Assembly: GCA_963662465.1 (NCBI GenBank)
Contig: OY759599.1
Span: forward strand, 1,376,001 to 1,440,000
From: Desulfatiglandales bacterium
GTDB taxonomy: Bacteria; Desulfobacterota; DSM-4660; Desulfatiglandales; Desulfatiglandaceae
Direction of reading: 5' to 3'
Length of the DNA stretch: 64,000 nt
Shown here: positions 40,296 through 51,571 of the stretch, piece after piece
Layout of the letters: each line of letters begins with the position of its first letter
How positions within the stretch are numbered: position 1 is the first letter of the stretch
Notes under the pieces: model-generated
Told to the model about the DNA's origin: nothing
What the model saw: the letters and a program-made list of their open reading frames with translations, nothing else
Databases searched by the model: none
Made by a program: the position numbers and the translations under genes

Positions 40296-41442
40296 ATGAT
40301 AACAGACGCCTATAGGTTATTAAACACCCTGAATCAGCTTCTGTCCCTGCCGAGAGAAAGCGCATGGTATGGGGCGTGGACAACAGGACCCATTCCGTTT
40401 TGGGAACAACCTTCGCCCCCTTTGCGACAAAGGGGGCGGGCAGGCAACCGCTCATCATGTGGCTTACGCAATTGATCTCCCCCAGACCGGATTTTCAGTT
40501 TCATGAAGTCGCGCATCCGGGTGGCCGGGTGGTGATGCTTGAAATTCATCCACCGCGTAGTGTGCCACTGGCTTTCAAGGGCGTTCGCTATATCCGTATC
40601 GACAGCCATAAATCAAGGCTTTCCGAACACCCTGCCAGAGAGGCCCGGTTATGGAAAGCGCTTGGGGGTGCCGAAGACTGGTCCGGGCATATCGTACCCG
40701 AGGCTACGCTGAACGATTTGGACCCGGAGGCCATCGCGTTTGCCAGGGTGAAATTTGGTGAATATCTTGTCAAGAGTGAGACCGATAGCGGCCGCCACGA
40801 AAAAATCCTGGCCGATGTTCACGCATGGGACCCATTGACACTCCTGAACAAAGCCCGCATCACGAAACAGGGCCATATAACCCATGCCGCGCTGTTGCTG
40901 CTTGGCCGTGATGAAGCCGCACATTTTCTGGCCCCTGCTGATGTCAAAATCAGTTGGATTCTTCATGATGGAACAAACCGGCCCATCGGTGGACAACATT
41001 TCAGCCTGCCACTGCTCTTGGCCCCCAATGCGCTTTTCAAACGGATCAGAAACATAACGCTCGAATATATGCCGGACGGCACTCTGTTTCCAACCCCGGC
41101 CGTTCGCCCAACTATTATATCTCGTCGCGGGTTGCGGAATGGACCGGCCAAAAGGCCCGTTACATTCGTAACCGGGCTCTGGATGATGACTATTACCGGC
41201 AACTGGTTCTTGAATATCTACAGAAATACGAACGGGCCAGTCGCAGGGAATTGGATGCGCTGTTGCTGCCAAAGCTCTCCGAAGTGCTCACCCCTATGCA
41301 AAAACAGCATAAAACAAAGAACATCATCCAGTCTCTCCGTCGAAATGGAATTATTTGCAATACAGGCTCAAATAAATTGCCTTCCTGGACTCTGGTTGAG
41401 GGGACATTTATTTCTAAAAGCTCGGTGAGAAATAAAGATTAG
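40296..41442 (+). pseudogene. AlbA_2/HATPase_c_4 ATP-binding protein, copy 2 with internal deletion
   Basis: Matches copy 1 up to 41097, then jumps to an HTH-like C-terminus in another frame. Confidence 0.75.
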
Positions 41443-41634
41443 TAAAAGTTATTATCCATTGAAAAGGCATAAATATCCGGTTTTATAGATTATTTTATTT
41501 CTACGGGTATTTCTGCTATCCACAAAAAAACTGGGTTGAGGGGATGGTTGACTCAATTGTAAAGGGGGACAACCGTTAATAATTAATGACCCCAGGTCTC
41601 TCATCTCGAAATCAAGAATAGGAGTTGTAAGAGT

Positions 41635-42264
41635 GTGGCCAAAAACAATATCGTATCTTTTTCCGACTTCGTGAAGAAAAAACGGAGTGAGCTTACCATT
41701 GATGCGCAATTCTTAAATGCACTTAGCGCTGACATTAAATCAAAACCAGAGCTGATAGAGTGGTATAACTTTCAAAATCTTTTTAACAAACATAAATTGT
41801 TCTTGAACGTATTATATACGTCGAACCATCGTGACAAAAAAGCAAATCCGAATGCTGGATATTGCGTTTCATTTTCAGAAGAGCATTTTAATGAGCATCT
41901 TGCCAAAATATCAGAAGCCAATGAATGGTTAGAACGCAAAACCCTTTTAGTTGACGCTAAAAATTGTACGTTTAAGAAAATAGCAAGCCAGCTGTACGGT
42001 ATTGCGCCTAGAAGCGAAAAAGAAGCGTGGGACATGTTCTATGAAATACTATTAAAATCACGTAATGTTGTTGTGGTCTCAGGCATTTCTAAATCGAAAA
42101 TACCATCGAAGAAGTCAGATTACGCAAGATCAATCGTCAAAATTAATGATGATGCTCATTTAAGGAATATTTTCCCTGCATCTGATATCGTATTCGTTGA
42201 TTCAGCAGCATTCTTGGAACGTTCTTGGAAACAGCTTGGTACTTATATCAACATATTGACGTAA
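41635..42264 (+). CDS. Hypothetical AT-rich protein
   Basis: 209-aa ORF with AGGAG RBS. Confidence 0.6.
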   Translation: MAKNNIVSFSDFVKKKRSELTIDAQFLNALSADIKSKPELIEWYNFQNLFNKHKLFLNVLYTSNHRDKKANPNAGYCVSFSEEHFNEHLAKISEANEWLERKTLLVDAKNCTFKKIASQLYGIAPRSEKEAWDMFYEILLKSRNVVVVSGISKSKIPSKKSDYARSIVKINDDAHLRNIFPASDIVFVDSAAFLERSWKQLGTYINILT

Positions 42265-42518
42265 CCATGGTCAGTTCAATTGACATCATCACCGACTATT
42301 ACGATGTGTCGGATGAACTGCTTCATGAAAATCCCGAATTCAAATCATACCTGAAAGAACTGAGTACGGCAAAAAGTGATTTTAGCGAAAAAACAATAAG
42401 GAAGTTATCTGATGCCTTTGAAAAAGCCGGTATTTAGCAGCACCCCTGTATCATCAGGCCAATGCAGGGAACTACCATTTCGAGTACACGAAGGGTAAGC
42501 CGCAGTGAGGAGTATTGT

Positions 42519-43910
42519 ATGGATCTCGAAGATATCCTGAAGTCAGGTGAATCGGACAGAGTAGAGTTCAAACGCACATTCGGTAAAGAAGTCATCATTT
42601 CGCTTGCAGCCTTTGCCAACACCGAAGGGGGAAAGGTTGTGGTAGGGGTGGAGAACGCCGGGAAACCCACAGGCATTTCCATCGGCCCCGAAACCGAACA
42701 GCAGTATCTGAATGAGGTCAAGGTGGCTACCTATCCTCAGATTATGCCCCATCTGACCCAATACGAAATTGATCACAAAACCGTGCTGGTCTTTGAAATC
42801 AATGAATATCCCGTCAAGCCGGTCTCGTACAAAAACCGCTATTACAAGAGGGTGAAAAACAGCAACCATCTGCTTGCTCTGGATGAAATTATCGATTTGC
42901 GGCAACAAAGTCTCAATGTGTCCTACGACGCTTGCCCTCTGGAAGAAAATCCCGCTTCGCTGGATTCATCGTTGATGACCCGATTCATGGAAACGGCAGG
43001 TGCAACAGGCCGGGTCAATCTGCGGGATGACCTGTTTACTAATTTGTTGAAATTAAGGCTTATTCAAAGTGGAAAACCCACGCTGGCCGCCATGCTGCTA
43101 TTCGGCAACCATGGGTATGCCATCCATGCAGGTCGGTTCAAGTCTCCGGAAACCATCATCGATGATTTCTACACAAAGGCCCCCCTCCCAAGAGCACTGG
43201 AAGAGGTCATGGTCTTTATCAAAAAGCATATCAATCTTTCCTTCCATTTTGACGGAAGTCTTCAACGAAAAGAACGCTGGCAATATCCCTTAGAGGCCAT
43301 TCGAGAGTTGCTGTTAAACGCCGTAGTACATCGGGATTACAAAAACGCTTCGGATATTGTCATCAAAATCTTTGACGAAAAGATGCTCATCACAAGTCCC
43401 GGCAGGCTGTTCGGAAAACTCACCATCGCGGACCTCAAGCGCGACGACTACAGTTCGTCCATTCGAAACAAACTTCTTGCCGAGGCATTTTATCTGACGG
43501 GCGATATTGAGAAATACGGGACAGGCTTCATCCGGATACGACATTGGTTGAAGGCTTATCCCGAAATCCGATACGATATCCGCGAATCCGGCGACGCTTT
43601 CATCGCCGAACTTTTTTACCCTGGAACAGACGGCCTGAGAACCGAGGTCAAAGACCTAAGAAAAGACCTAAAAACCGAGGTCAAAAACCTAAGAAAAGAC
43701 CTAAAAACCAACCATGGGCTTTCTGAAATACAGGCGGAAATCATTTTCGCAGTTCTTGAGAGCGAATTGATTACCCAACAGAAATTGTCGGAACGGATCG
43801 GAATTTCGCCTCGGAATATTCGAAAAAACATGGATGTCCTGAAATTGAAAGGGCTGCTTAAGCGAGTCGGTCCCCAAAAAGGTGGCCGGTGGAAGGTAAT
43901 CCTGCCCTAA
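42519..43910 (+). CDS. AlbA_2 (Schlafen-like) + HATPase_c_4 + HTH protein
   Basis: GESDRVEFK, AAFANTEGG, AIRELLLNAVVHRDY, RNKLLAEAF, IEKYGTG and KRVGPQKGGRW. Confidence 0.88.
   Translation: MDLEDILKSGESDRVEFKRTFGKEVIISLAAFANTEGGKVVVGVENAGKPTGISIGPETEQQYLNEVKVATYPQIMPHLTQYEIDHKTVLVFEINEYPVKPVSYKNRYYKRVKNSNHLLALDEIIDLRQQSLNVSYDACPLEENPASLDSSLMTRFMETAGATGRVNLRDDLFTNLLKLRLIQSGKPTLAAMLLFGNHGYAIHAGRFKSPETIIDDFYTKAPLPRALEEVMVFIKKHINLSFHFDGSLQRKERWQYPLEAIRELLLNAVVHRDYKNASDIVIKIFDEKMLITSPGRLFGKLTIADLKRDDYSSSIRNKLLAEAFYLTGDIEKYGTGFIRIRHWLKAYPEIRYDIRESGDAFIAELFYPGTDGLRTEVKDLRKDLKTEVKNLRKDLKTNHGLSEIQAEIIFAVLESELITQQKLSERIGISPRNIRKNMDVLKLKGLLKRVGPQKGGRWKVILP
43641..43706 (+). repeat. 33-bp tandem repeat x2 in linker (TEVKD/NLRKDLK)
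   Basis: ACCGAGGTCAAA(G/A)ACCTAAGAAAAGACCTAAAA twice. Confidence 0.85.
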
Positions 43911-43936
43911 ATTGGTTCGTCCCAAATGGAGAAGTA

Positions 43937-44224
43937 ATGACAATCCCTGATTTTCAAACCATTATGACTGACCCAGTCACTGACCCGTTCACTGACCCAG
44001 TAAAGCGGCTTTTACATTTTTTGGATACCAAGAAAAGCAGCAGCCAATTGCGTGAAACCCTGAATGTAACGCATCGTCACTATTTCTGCCTCCAATACAT
44101 CCAACCGGCTCTTGAAATGGGGTTGATCGAATACACGATTCCCGAAAAACCGAGCAGTTGTCTGCAGCGTTACAGGCTTACGAGAAAGGGAAGGGGCACT
44201 GAAGATGTGAAAGGGGCTTCGTAG
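43937..44224 (+). pseudogene. Chimeric remnant: Mrr-like start joined to a Fic-type C-terminal wHTH
   Basis: MTIPDFQTIM followed by TDPV repeats and YIQPALEMGLIEYTIPEKPSS..QRYRLT. Confidence 0.6.
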
Positions 44225-44228
44225 TAAA

Positions 44229-44290
44229 TCCGGGGACACCTTATTTATTTTTTTGAGGATGCATTTCGAATTAAGTAAGGTGTCCCCGGA
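44229..44290. repeat. Palindromic element with 15-bp perfect IR
   Basis: TCCGGGGACACCTTA / TAAGGTGTCCCCGGA. Confidence 0.85.
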
Positions 44291-45056
44291 ATTCTTAAAA
44301 TTTTCCTATTCTGAAAGCGAATCGGCCCTCAGCATAAATCAAAAAATGACAGAGAAGGAATATCGTAGCTTGTTGAAGATTTATCCTTCGCAGCCTGAAA
44401 CACATCTTCAGTTGAAAAACCTCCGCGATGAGTCTCAGATGTTTCTCAGTAAGGAAGATCTAAAAGATCTTGATACCTACGCAAAACGTATTCGTGGGGA
44501 AATTCTTTTTGCCGGCGCCTGGCTGTTGTGTGAAGGGCAAAGTGAGTATCTATTGTTGCGTTACTTTGCCGATTTGATGGGAAAACCATTTGATCAAATG
44601 GGAATTTCCGTCATTGATTTTCAAAATAATGGTTCACCTGGCGCATTTGTCGCGCTTGCAAGGGCTTTTGAAATTCCTTGGATTATGATTTGCGATAACG
44701 ACAGCGGGGGCAAAGATTTCGTTCGGCAAGTCAAGGAACGGGGATTAACAGATGAAGAAATTGAAGAGTTGATCCACCTGCTTCCGGGTGACGAAGGGAC
44801 GGATTTAGAGGCATTCCTTCTAAATAATGGGTTTGTTGATGAGTATGTACAGATACTTGACGATAAAGGCGTTGCTCTCGGCAAAACGAAAGGGGAAGCG
44901 GGATTCAAGACGGAATTATCTCAAAAAATAAGGAATGATAAGGTTGTTTACGCACGTTTGTTAACCGAGAAGCTGAGAACATGTAAAGCAGATGTGAGTC
45001 GGGTGCCAATATTTATTCGTGAAGTTCTGAACCATTTATTTGCGAGGATATCATAG
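44291..45056 (+). pseudogene. gajA: OLD-family TOPRIM nuclease C-terminal half (GajA-like), ATPase domain missing
   Basis: LLCEGQSE, ICDNDSGG and DLEAFL; no Walker A motif. Confidence 0.75.
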
Positions 45057-45057
45057 G

Positions 45058-46962
45058 ATGTCTACAGAGGAATTAGCGGCGGCCTTAGAAGGGTTAAGCA
45101 ATGTTCAGAAGGAGACCGTGTTAACGGATCAACTGCCTTTGCTGCTGTTGGCCGGCCCTGGCTCAGGAAAGACCCGGGTACTGACCTGTCGTATCGCATT
45201 AACGCTAAAAGAGACCATCGGTAAAAAATTCCGGGTACTCGGTCTGACCTTTACCAATAAGGCGGCGGACGAAATGCGGTCACGAGTGACAACCCTGATA
45301 CCTGAGGAACAAAGCCGTCTATTTTTGGGAACTTTTCATTCATTTTGTGCCGATGTATTGCGGCAACATGGGACACATCTGGGTATCAACCCAAATTACA
45401 ATATCTATTCCCAAAAAAGAGACTTGGAAGCTGTTTTAAATGATGCGGTTGAAGCAGCAAAAAAAACATCTGAAATTATCAGCAATCTGGATAAAAAACT
45501 GTTGCCTGTTATTCAACGGTTGAAGTTGCGCCTGATTTTTCCTGAAAATTGCGTCGGTGAATTTCAAGATGAAAACATTGGTGAAAGGGTCGCAATTATT
45601 TACCCGGCTTACGAAGCAGAGCTGGCTAAACGTAATGCGCTTGATTTTAATTCATTGATATTGAAAACATATCAGTTGTTTGAAAAATTTCCGGCTTTTG
45701 CAAAGCGCTACAGGACCGTGTATCCATATATTTGCATAGACGAATTCCAGGATACAAACAGAGCTCAATACAACCTTATTCGGGCGCTTGTAAAAGATGA
45801 AAACAGGAACCTGTTTGTTGTCGCTGACGATGACCAGATTATCTACCAATGGAATGGCGCCAGCCATAAGCGCATTATGCAATTTATGGATGATTTTTCG
45901 CCAAAAGTTGTACAACTGCCAATGAACTACAGATGTCCTCCGGAAATTGTGAAGCTGGCTAATCGCCTTATCCAACACAATTTTCACAGAGCAACCGGGA
46001 AAGAACCTCTTGAAGCCTTTAAACCGTCATTCGGTGAAGGAGCAGTTCGTCTTCTTCCGGCTTATCCGAACTACGACAGTGAAGCCGATGGAATTGCTGC
46101 GGATATTAAGAACCTTCATTCCAGACAATTTGACTCGGTAGTGGTTCTGGGCAGGAATCGTAGACTTCTGGAAGGAGTCGAACGGTCACTGAAAAAGGAA
46201 AAAGTTCCAGCCGTTATTTCCCAGAGAAAAGATGAATTTACAAGCTCACCTTTAGTATGGCTTCATTCTGTTCTGCGTCTTGCCAATGACAGGCAGAACA
46301 AAGATTATCTGGAAGCTGTTTGTGGTGCATTCGCACAACTGACCCATGTGGACGTTGATCCGGAGGATGTCATAACACAGGCCCGTGCGGGAAATCGAGA
46401 CTACCTGCAGCATTGGGTTAAACTCATCCAAAAAATATCTATAACTGCCCATGCCGAAGAGGCAATTGATCATGTATCCCGATATCTTGGGGAAGGCAGA
46501 GACTACCGTGGTTTTAGTCGGTTCGCGATTGAATGGTTCGGCAGACTTATTCAAGACAGAGTTGCTCCCAACAACGACCCAATAGCAGAAGAATTCAGCC
46601 GATATGAAGAAGAACGCACTGTATGGGAAAACTTGACGAGAGAAATAACGTCGTCTTTAGGACGTGAAACAACCTTGGAGGCATTTTTGCAGGAATTGGA
46701 GATGCATTCAAAAGAATCGCCTCCACAACCCAACACAGTGCTTCTAATGACAATTCATGGCGCCAAGGGGAAGGAATTCGACCACGTTTATCTTATGGGG
46801 CTTGTTGATGATGAACTCCCTTCTTTCCAAAGTAAAAAGAAAGGTAATGATAGCCCGGAGATGGAAGAGGAAAGACGCAATTGCTTCGTTGCGATAACAA
46901 GATCCATGAAGACGTTAACCCTCAGTTATTTAGCCGAAACCCGAAAACAACCCAACCCCTAA
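45058..46962 (+). CDS. gajB: UvrD-like helicase (GajB-like), C-terminus possibly clipped
   Basis: AGPGSGKT, TFTNKAA, DEFQD, HGAKGKEF and EERRNCFVAITR; immediately follows the TOPRIM gene. Confidence 0.8.
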   Translation: MSTEELAAALEGLSNVQKETVLTDQLPLLLLAGPGSGKTRVLTCRIALTLKETIGKKFRVLGLTFTNKAADEMRSRVTTLIPEEQSRLFLGTFHSFCADVLRQHGTHLGINPNYNIYSQKRDLEAVLNDAVEAAKKTSEIISNLDKKLLPVIQRLKLRLIFPENCVGEFQDENIGERVAIIYPAYEAELAKRNALDFNSLILKTYQLFEKFPAFAKRYRTVYPYICIDEFQDTNRAQYNLIRALVKDENRNLFVVADDDQIIYQWNGASHKRIMQFMDDFSPKVVQLPMNYRCPPEIVKLANRLIQHNFHRATGKEPLEAFKPSFGEGAVRLLPAYPNYDSEADGIAADIKNLHSRQFDSVVVLGRNRRLLEGVERSLKKEKVPAVISQRKDEFTSSPLVWLHSVLRLANDRQNKDYLEAVCGAFAQLTHVDVDPEDVITQARAGNRDYLQHWVKLIQKISITAHAEEAIDHVSRYLGEGRDYRGFSRFAIEWFGRLIQDRVAPNNDPIAEEFSRYEEERTVWENLTREITSSLGRETTLEAFLQELEMHSKESPPQPNTVLLMTIHGAKGKEFDHVYLMGLVDDELPSFQSKKKGNDSPEMEEERRNCFVAITRSMKTLTLSYLAETRKQPNP

Positions 46963-47264
46963 AAACAAACAAAGCGACAAAGGGTAAGATGGAGCAGAAA
47001 AAGCGACGGAATCAATCCTCAGCGAACTGATTGAGAAAAAAAATCGATTCCCAATGCTGAGGACATGGTCGTCTCGATCGACATTATCACCGACTATTAT
47101 GATGTGTCGGGTGAACTGCTTTATGAGAATCCGGAAGTTCTCTGATGCCTTTGAAAAAGCCGGGATTTAGCTTCCCCCTATATCAACAGGCCAACGCAAA
47201 AAAGGGGATACTACCTTCTGAAAACAGCGTATATCGCTGACAAACCGATCGATTCCAGGAACAA

Positions 47265-47468
47265 ATGGACTGGGTGGAACTGGTACACAAATGTGAATAT
47301 TACACCAGTGCTGAAATTGAAAATCTGGTGAATGTGGCCGCGAACCTTGCCTTTCAGGCGGGAAAGCGCATCGGTGCAGAAGATTTATACCAGGCCATGA
47401 AGGAAAACCCGCCGGCGCTTTCGGCTGAGAAGATAGAAAAAATGCGGTCGCGGATCGGGTTTTTGTGA
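47265..47468 (+). pseudogene. AAA+ ATPase lid fragment
   Basis: YTSAEIENLVNVAANLA pattern. Confidence 0.5.
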
Positions 47469-47487
47469 AATCAATAACAGGTTTGAA

Positions 47488-48379
47488 ATGAACAAAGACT
47501 ACCTCCAATCCCTAATCAAAAACATCACCGTATGGAAACGCGGCGCCCAGCGCGCTCCCCATAAACCCCTGCTTTTGCTGTATGCCCTGGTCCGCAGTCT
47601 TCGAAACAGTGACAGATTCATCCCCTACACTGAAATTGACAAAAAACTCAAACAACTCCTCATGGATTTCGGCCCCAGTCGAAAAAGTTATCACCCGGAA
47701 TACCCCTTCTGGCGACTCCGGAATGACGGCATCTGGGAACTCAAAGACTCGGGAAACGTCAGGATTATCAGCAGCTGTGATCCCCGCAGAGGCAATCTGA
47801 TGGGTCAGAATGTCAGTGGCGGATTCATCAAAGACATATTCGATCTCGTAACCGCCCATCCGGAAACCGCCACCGAACTTGCAACCTCCATCCTGGAAGC
47901 CAATTTTCCCGCTTCCATCCATGAAGATGTTCTTCAGGCCGTGGGGCTGGATCTGGAATTCAAGACCCCTGAAAAGCGAAAAAGGGACCCGTATTTCCGA
48001 GATCGGATTATTCGGGCTTATGAGTATCAGTGCGCGGTGTGCGGATTCAACGTGCGCGTGGGCAATACCCTGGTGGCTCTGGAGGCGGCCCATATCAAAT
48101 GGCATCAGGCGGGCGGACCCGGATGTAGAGGAAAACGGCATCGCCCTGTGCGCACTTCATCATAAGCTTTTTGACCGGGGCGCATTTACGGTTTCACCGG
48201 AACTGCGGATTGAAGTGTCGGATAGGGCTCATGGTACGCAGGGGTTCCAGGAGTGGTTGTCAGCTTATCACGGAAAATCGCTTCGAGCACCCCAGCGGCC
48301 GGATTTTTATCCGGAGCCTCGATTTGTAAAGTGGCATGTACGCGAGGTGTTTCAGGGGGAGGCGCGGTATGGTCTGTGA
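47488..48379 (+). pseudogene. Sulfur-binding-domain HNH endonuclease (phosphorothioate-dependent type), frameshifted
   Basis: RAPHKPLLLL and YPFWRL, CAVCG, AAHIKWH; extra C near 48119 separates NGIALCALHHKLFDRG. Confidence 0.85.
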
Positions 48380-48449
48380 AAGGGGTTTTTGATAATTCCG
48401 GGAACCAATTGGGACGTCCATAAAATTATTGATCCTTGGGGTCGGACCA

Positions 48450-48508
48450 AGTTAACCAATAAATTCAGCCGACGCAAAAAGCCGCGCGGCTGATTAGCGG
48501 CGTTGCTG
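48450..48508 (+). other. Integron attC-like site
   Basis: GTTAAC..AATTCAGCCG...CGGCTGATT..CGTT; 59 bp with paired arms. Confidence 0.65.
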
Positions 48509-48617
48509 AGGCAAAAGAGGTCAGAAGAATAGTAAAAAATGGTTGAACGGTCAAGAAACCTAAAAAAAACGGCCCTGTAATTTTGAAAATGAAAAACGCA
48601 GTTCTGGAGCATTGATC

Positions 48618-49648
48618 ATGGCGACCAACATCGTTAAAACATCATTTTATAATGAAATTCGTCATATTCTTCATGTTGCGAGGAACAAGGCATATTCCGC
48701 TGTAAACACCGCCATGGTAGAAGCTTACTGGATGATAGGCAAACGTATTGTCGAAGAAGAACAGCTGGGAGAGAAACGAGCAGGCTATGGGCAGGAATTA
48801 ATCAAAAACCTTTCAAAAGAGCTGCAATCCGAGTTTGGCAAGGGTTTTTCAGTGGCGAACCTTAAAAATTTCAGGCAGTTTTATCTGACTTTCGCCGAGG
48901 ACGAAAAAGGCTACACTCTGTGTAGCCTATTGAGTTGGTCCCACATCCGCCTTATTATGCGAATCGATAACGTCAAAGCGCGAACCTATTATTTGACGGA
49001 AAGCAAGGCGGAAAACTGGAGCGTGAGACAGCTCCAAAGAAACATTATCTCCTGTTATTATGAGCGCTTGCTTTCGTCTTCCGACAAAGAGGGTGGCTCG
49101 GCTCTCGATCTCCCGGAAACAACAAACGACACACGCGACTTCATCAAAGACCCTTACGTGCTGGAATTTCTCAACTTGCCGGAACATGCAAAATTGCAGG
49201 AATCCCGTTTTGAGCAGGCCATCATCTCAAACCTGCAGGCGTTTTTACTGGAAATGGGCAAAGGTTTTTCCTTTGTAGCCAGGCAGTTCCGAATCAGCAC
49301 TGAGGCCAGTCATTTTTACATTGATCTTGTTTTTTACAATTACTTGCTCAAATGCTTTGTCATAATCGTTCTGAAAACAGGTAAACTCACCCACCAAGAT
49401 ATCGGCCGGATGGATATGTATGTACGCATGTTCGACGATCTTAAGCGCGTCGAAGACGACAATCCCACAATCGGCATCATATTATGCGGCGACAAAGAAG
49501 AAACCTTGGTCAGATATTCCGTTTTGAAAAACAGCGAACAGCTTTTTGCATCTACCGACTTGTTTTGCCCACAGAGCAGGAACTCGAAGCTGAACTTGAG
49601 AGGGAAATACGAATGATTGAAGCGATGGATAGGCACGGGGATAAATGA
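48618..49648 (+). pseudogene. YhcG/DUF1016 PD-(D/E)xK nuclease, damaged
   Basis: YWMIGKRIVEEEQ, KDPYVLEFL and LLEMGKGFSFVARQ; IIVLK in place of I(D/E)LK; frameshift near 49553 with tail YRLVLPTEQEL in another frame. Confidence 0.85.
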
Positions 49649-49957
49649 AGCATAGAACATCGAAAAACAGTATCCGGAAATCAATCGCTACACGCGGAAC
49701 CGAGGTTTGCGCACCGCTTCGCCCCCGGCGCCGGTGAGCTTGTCGATGTAAGGATCGGATCTACAAAGACCAAAAAGATGGGGTGTTTTAATTTTCAGAC
49801 TTTGGAGGCAAGCCCATACCCATTCAATTTATCAAACGTCAAAAAGGCCTTTTTTGTATCCGATCACGGGGTACGTTAGCTTTGTGAAATTCACGCCAAG
49901 TCCTGTGTCAAATGGATCGAAAAATCGACACTGAGAATTTAAAAGAACCGTCAGGCA

Positions 49958-50401
49958 TTGTATTTTTATCGAGATCTCCTGAATCAAATTGATCCAGTGC
50001 TCAGAATCTACGTTGGCGCCGGCGAAATGCTTTATGGGGACGCTCATATGGCCGATATAATCAAAATCCACAAACGTTCCGGAAAAGTAACTTACTTTAT
50101 TTACGACAAGTTCGAAAAAAGCCCGCTTCCAGAACTCATCCAGCGCGTCAAAGTCAATTTAAGAACTCAGCGGGTGGATGTTTTTGAACAAGAGAAGGGA
50201 TCGTGGCAACAGCTGCTCTACTTTAAAGAAAGGTTCGTTGCAAGGGGCCATCCGCTTCGACCAAAATGGGAAAAATACAACCTTAAGCTCCGAAAAATCG
50301 GGTTGCATGAGAATATGGGGTTGGGGCCGAGTAAGGAAGAGTTTTTGGTTATGCTTGAGGCTCAAAGTTTGACTCTTCATCTGAATAAGAAAAGAAAATA
50401 A
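49958..50401 (+). pseudogene. C-terminal fragment of a phosphorothioation-associated putative methyltransferase
   Basis: LRIYVG..LYGD..DIIKIHKRSGKVTY..PELIQRVKVNLRTQRVD. Confidence 0.65.
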
Positions 50402-50515
50402 GTTCGTAGCCACCGTCATTTTGAATTTTTTCGCAGGCCTTGAAATTGAAAGAGCATTCAAGATTTTTGCATAATAAAAATTGAATATTGTGAAAAGGGG
50501 GCTCAGTCTCAATCA

Positions 50516-51424
50516 ATGGAACAACTAAACCTTTTTGGTATGCCCGAAATGTTCTTGGGAGATTATCACAGGGCCATTAAAAGGGGAGACTGGGAGGCTT
50601 TGCCGGGGATTATCTTATCCCTCGATGAACCACGGAACAGTCCTCCTGATTGGCAAAACAAGAAACGTTTTTGGGAGAGTGAGCTGTTAAAACTCAAGGA
50701 AAAAGAGAACGGATCTCCAAAGAAGATGGCCGCCTATTGGGAGACACTTCTCTTGAATTATCCTGAGACCGGCTTGAAGGCGGAGCTTGCCAATCTGCAG
50801 GGCTACTGGTTTACCCGTTTGGCTGATAAATTTCGGGGTGAAGATTTTGATTATCTCACGGACAATATTCATCCGGTCTTCTGCCTCGTGAAAATCGGTC
50901 GCTATCAAAGTGCTGGCCGAATGGCCCTCAGATATCTCAATGAAATAGGGGAAAATGCTCGGCTAAGAACGTATTAGTCCTTTTGTTTTGACAAAATGAA
51001 TATGAAAAGTAAGGCAATTACGGCTCTGAGTTTTGCGCTGTTTTATGATCCCCTATCGGTTGATATGCAATTCGTTTTTAATGAAAAGGTAAAAAGTATA
51101 TTTGAAACCCTGAAAGAGGATTATGCGGATCGCAGGTTTGTTCGCGCAAGATGGCCCTTTGAGTGCTGGCTATCGCGATTGCTTGAGATCCCGATGGACA
51201 AAGAACTTGTGAATAGAATGTCTGAGATTTGCCAAGGAAGTTTTTTGACGAAGGATGTTCAAACGGATTTTGAGGCGCAGATATATTTCAACCGCTTGCT
51301 CTATCTCGCCGAGGTGATCAGAAAGGAAACACCCCTTGTCACCAACGAGGTCCTGAATATTCGAAATCGCATGAAAGCCATCAATGGCGATGCCTTTAAG
51401 AGATATATGGCGGGCATTGTTTAG
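50516..51424 (+). pseudogene. Helical hypothetical protein interrupted by an in-frame TAG at 50975
   Basis: ORFs 50516-50977 and 50996-51424 are in the same frame with one stop between. Confidence 0.65.
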
Positions 51425-51571
51425 AGTAAGACGCGGCGATTCTTGGAAGTCGGTTTCCGGGATTGAAGTCAGTTGAATTAGCAGATAGAAATTTCGTTAT
51501 GCGTCAAAGAGATCATTTACGCTTGAACATAAGCGCAATAAACGGGCAGCATCTTTTTGAAAGGAAACCAG

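Larger units (their letters stand above)
38206..41097 (+). repeat. Segmental duplication A, copy 2
   Basis: Near-identical to 25332-28230; begins exactly at the IS66 end. Confidence 0.92.

Noticed and set aside
43641..43706. 33-bp tandem repeat as a novel array
   Set aside because: Only two units, in a linker that is commonly repetitive in this protein family.
48110..48125. Programmed frameshift in the SBD-HNH gene
   Set aside because: No slippery heptamer; a single extra C fits mutation or sequencing error.
50975..50977. In-frame TAG as pyrrolysine or programmed readthrough
   Set aside because: No pyl genes in the window and the neighbours are decayed, so a nonsense mutation is simpler.
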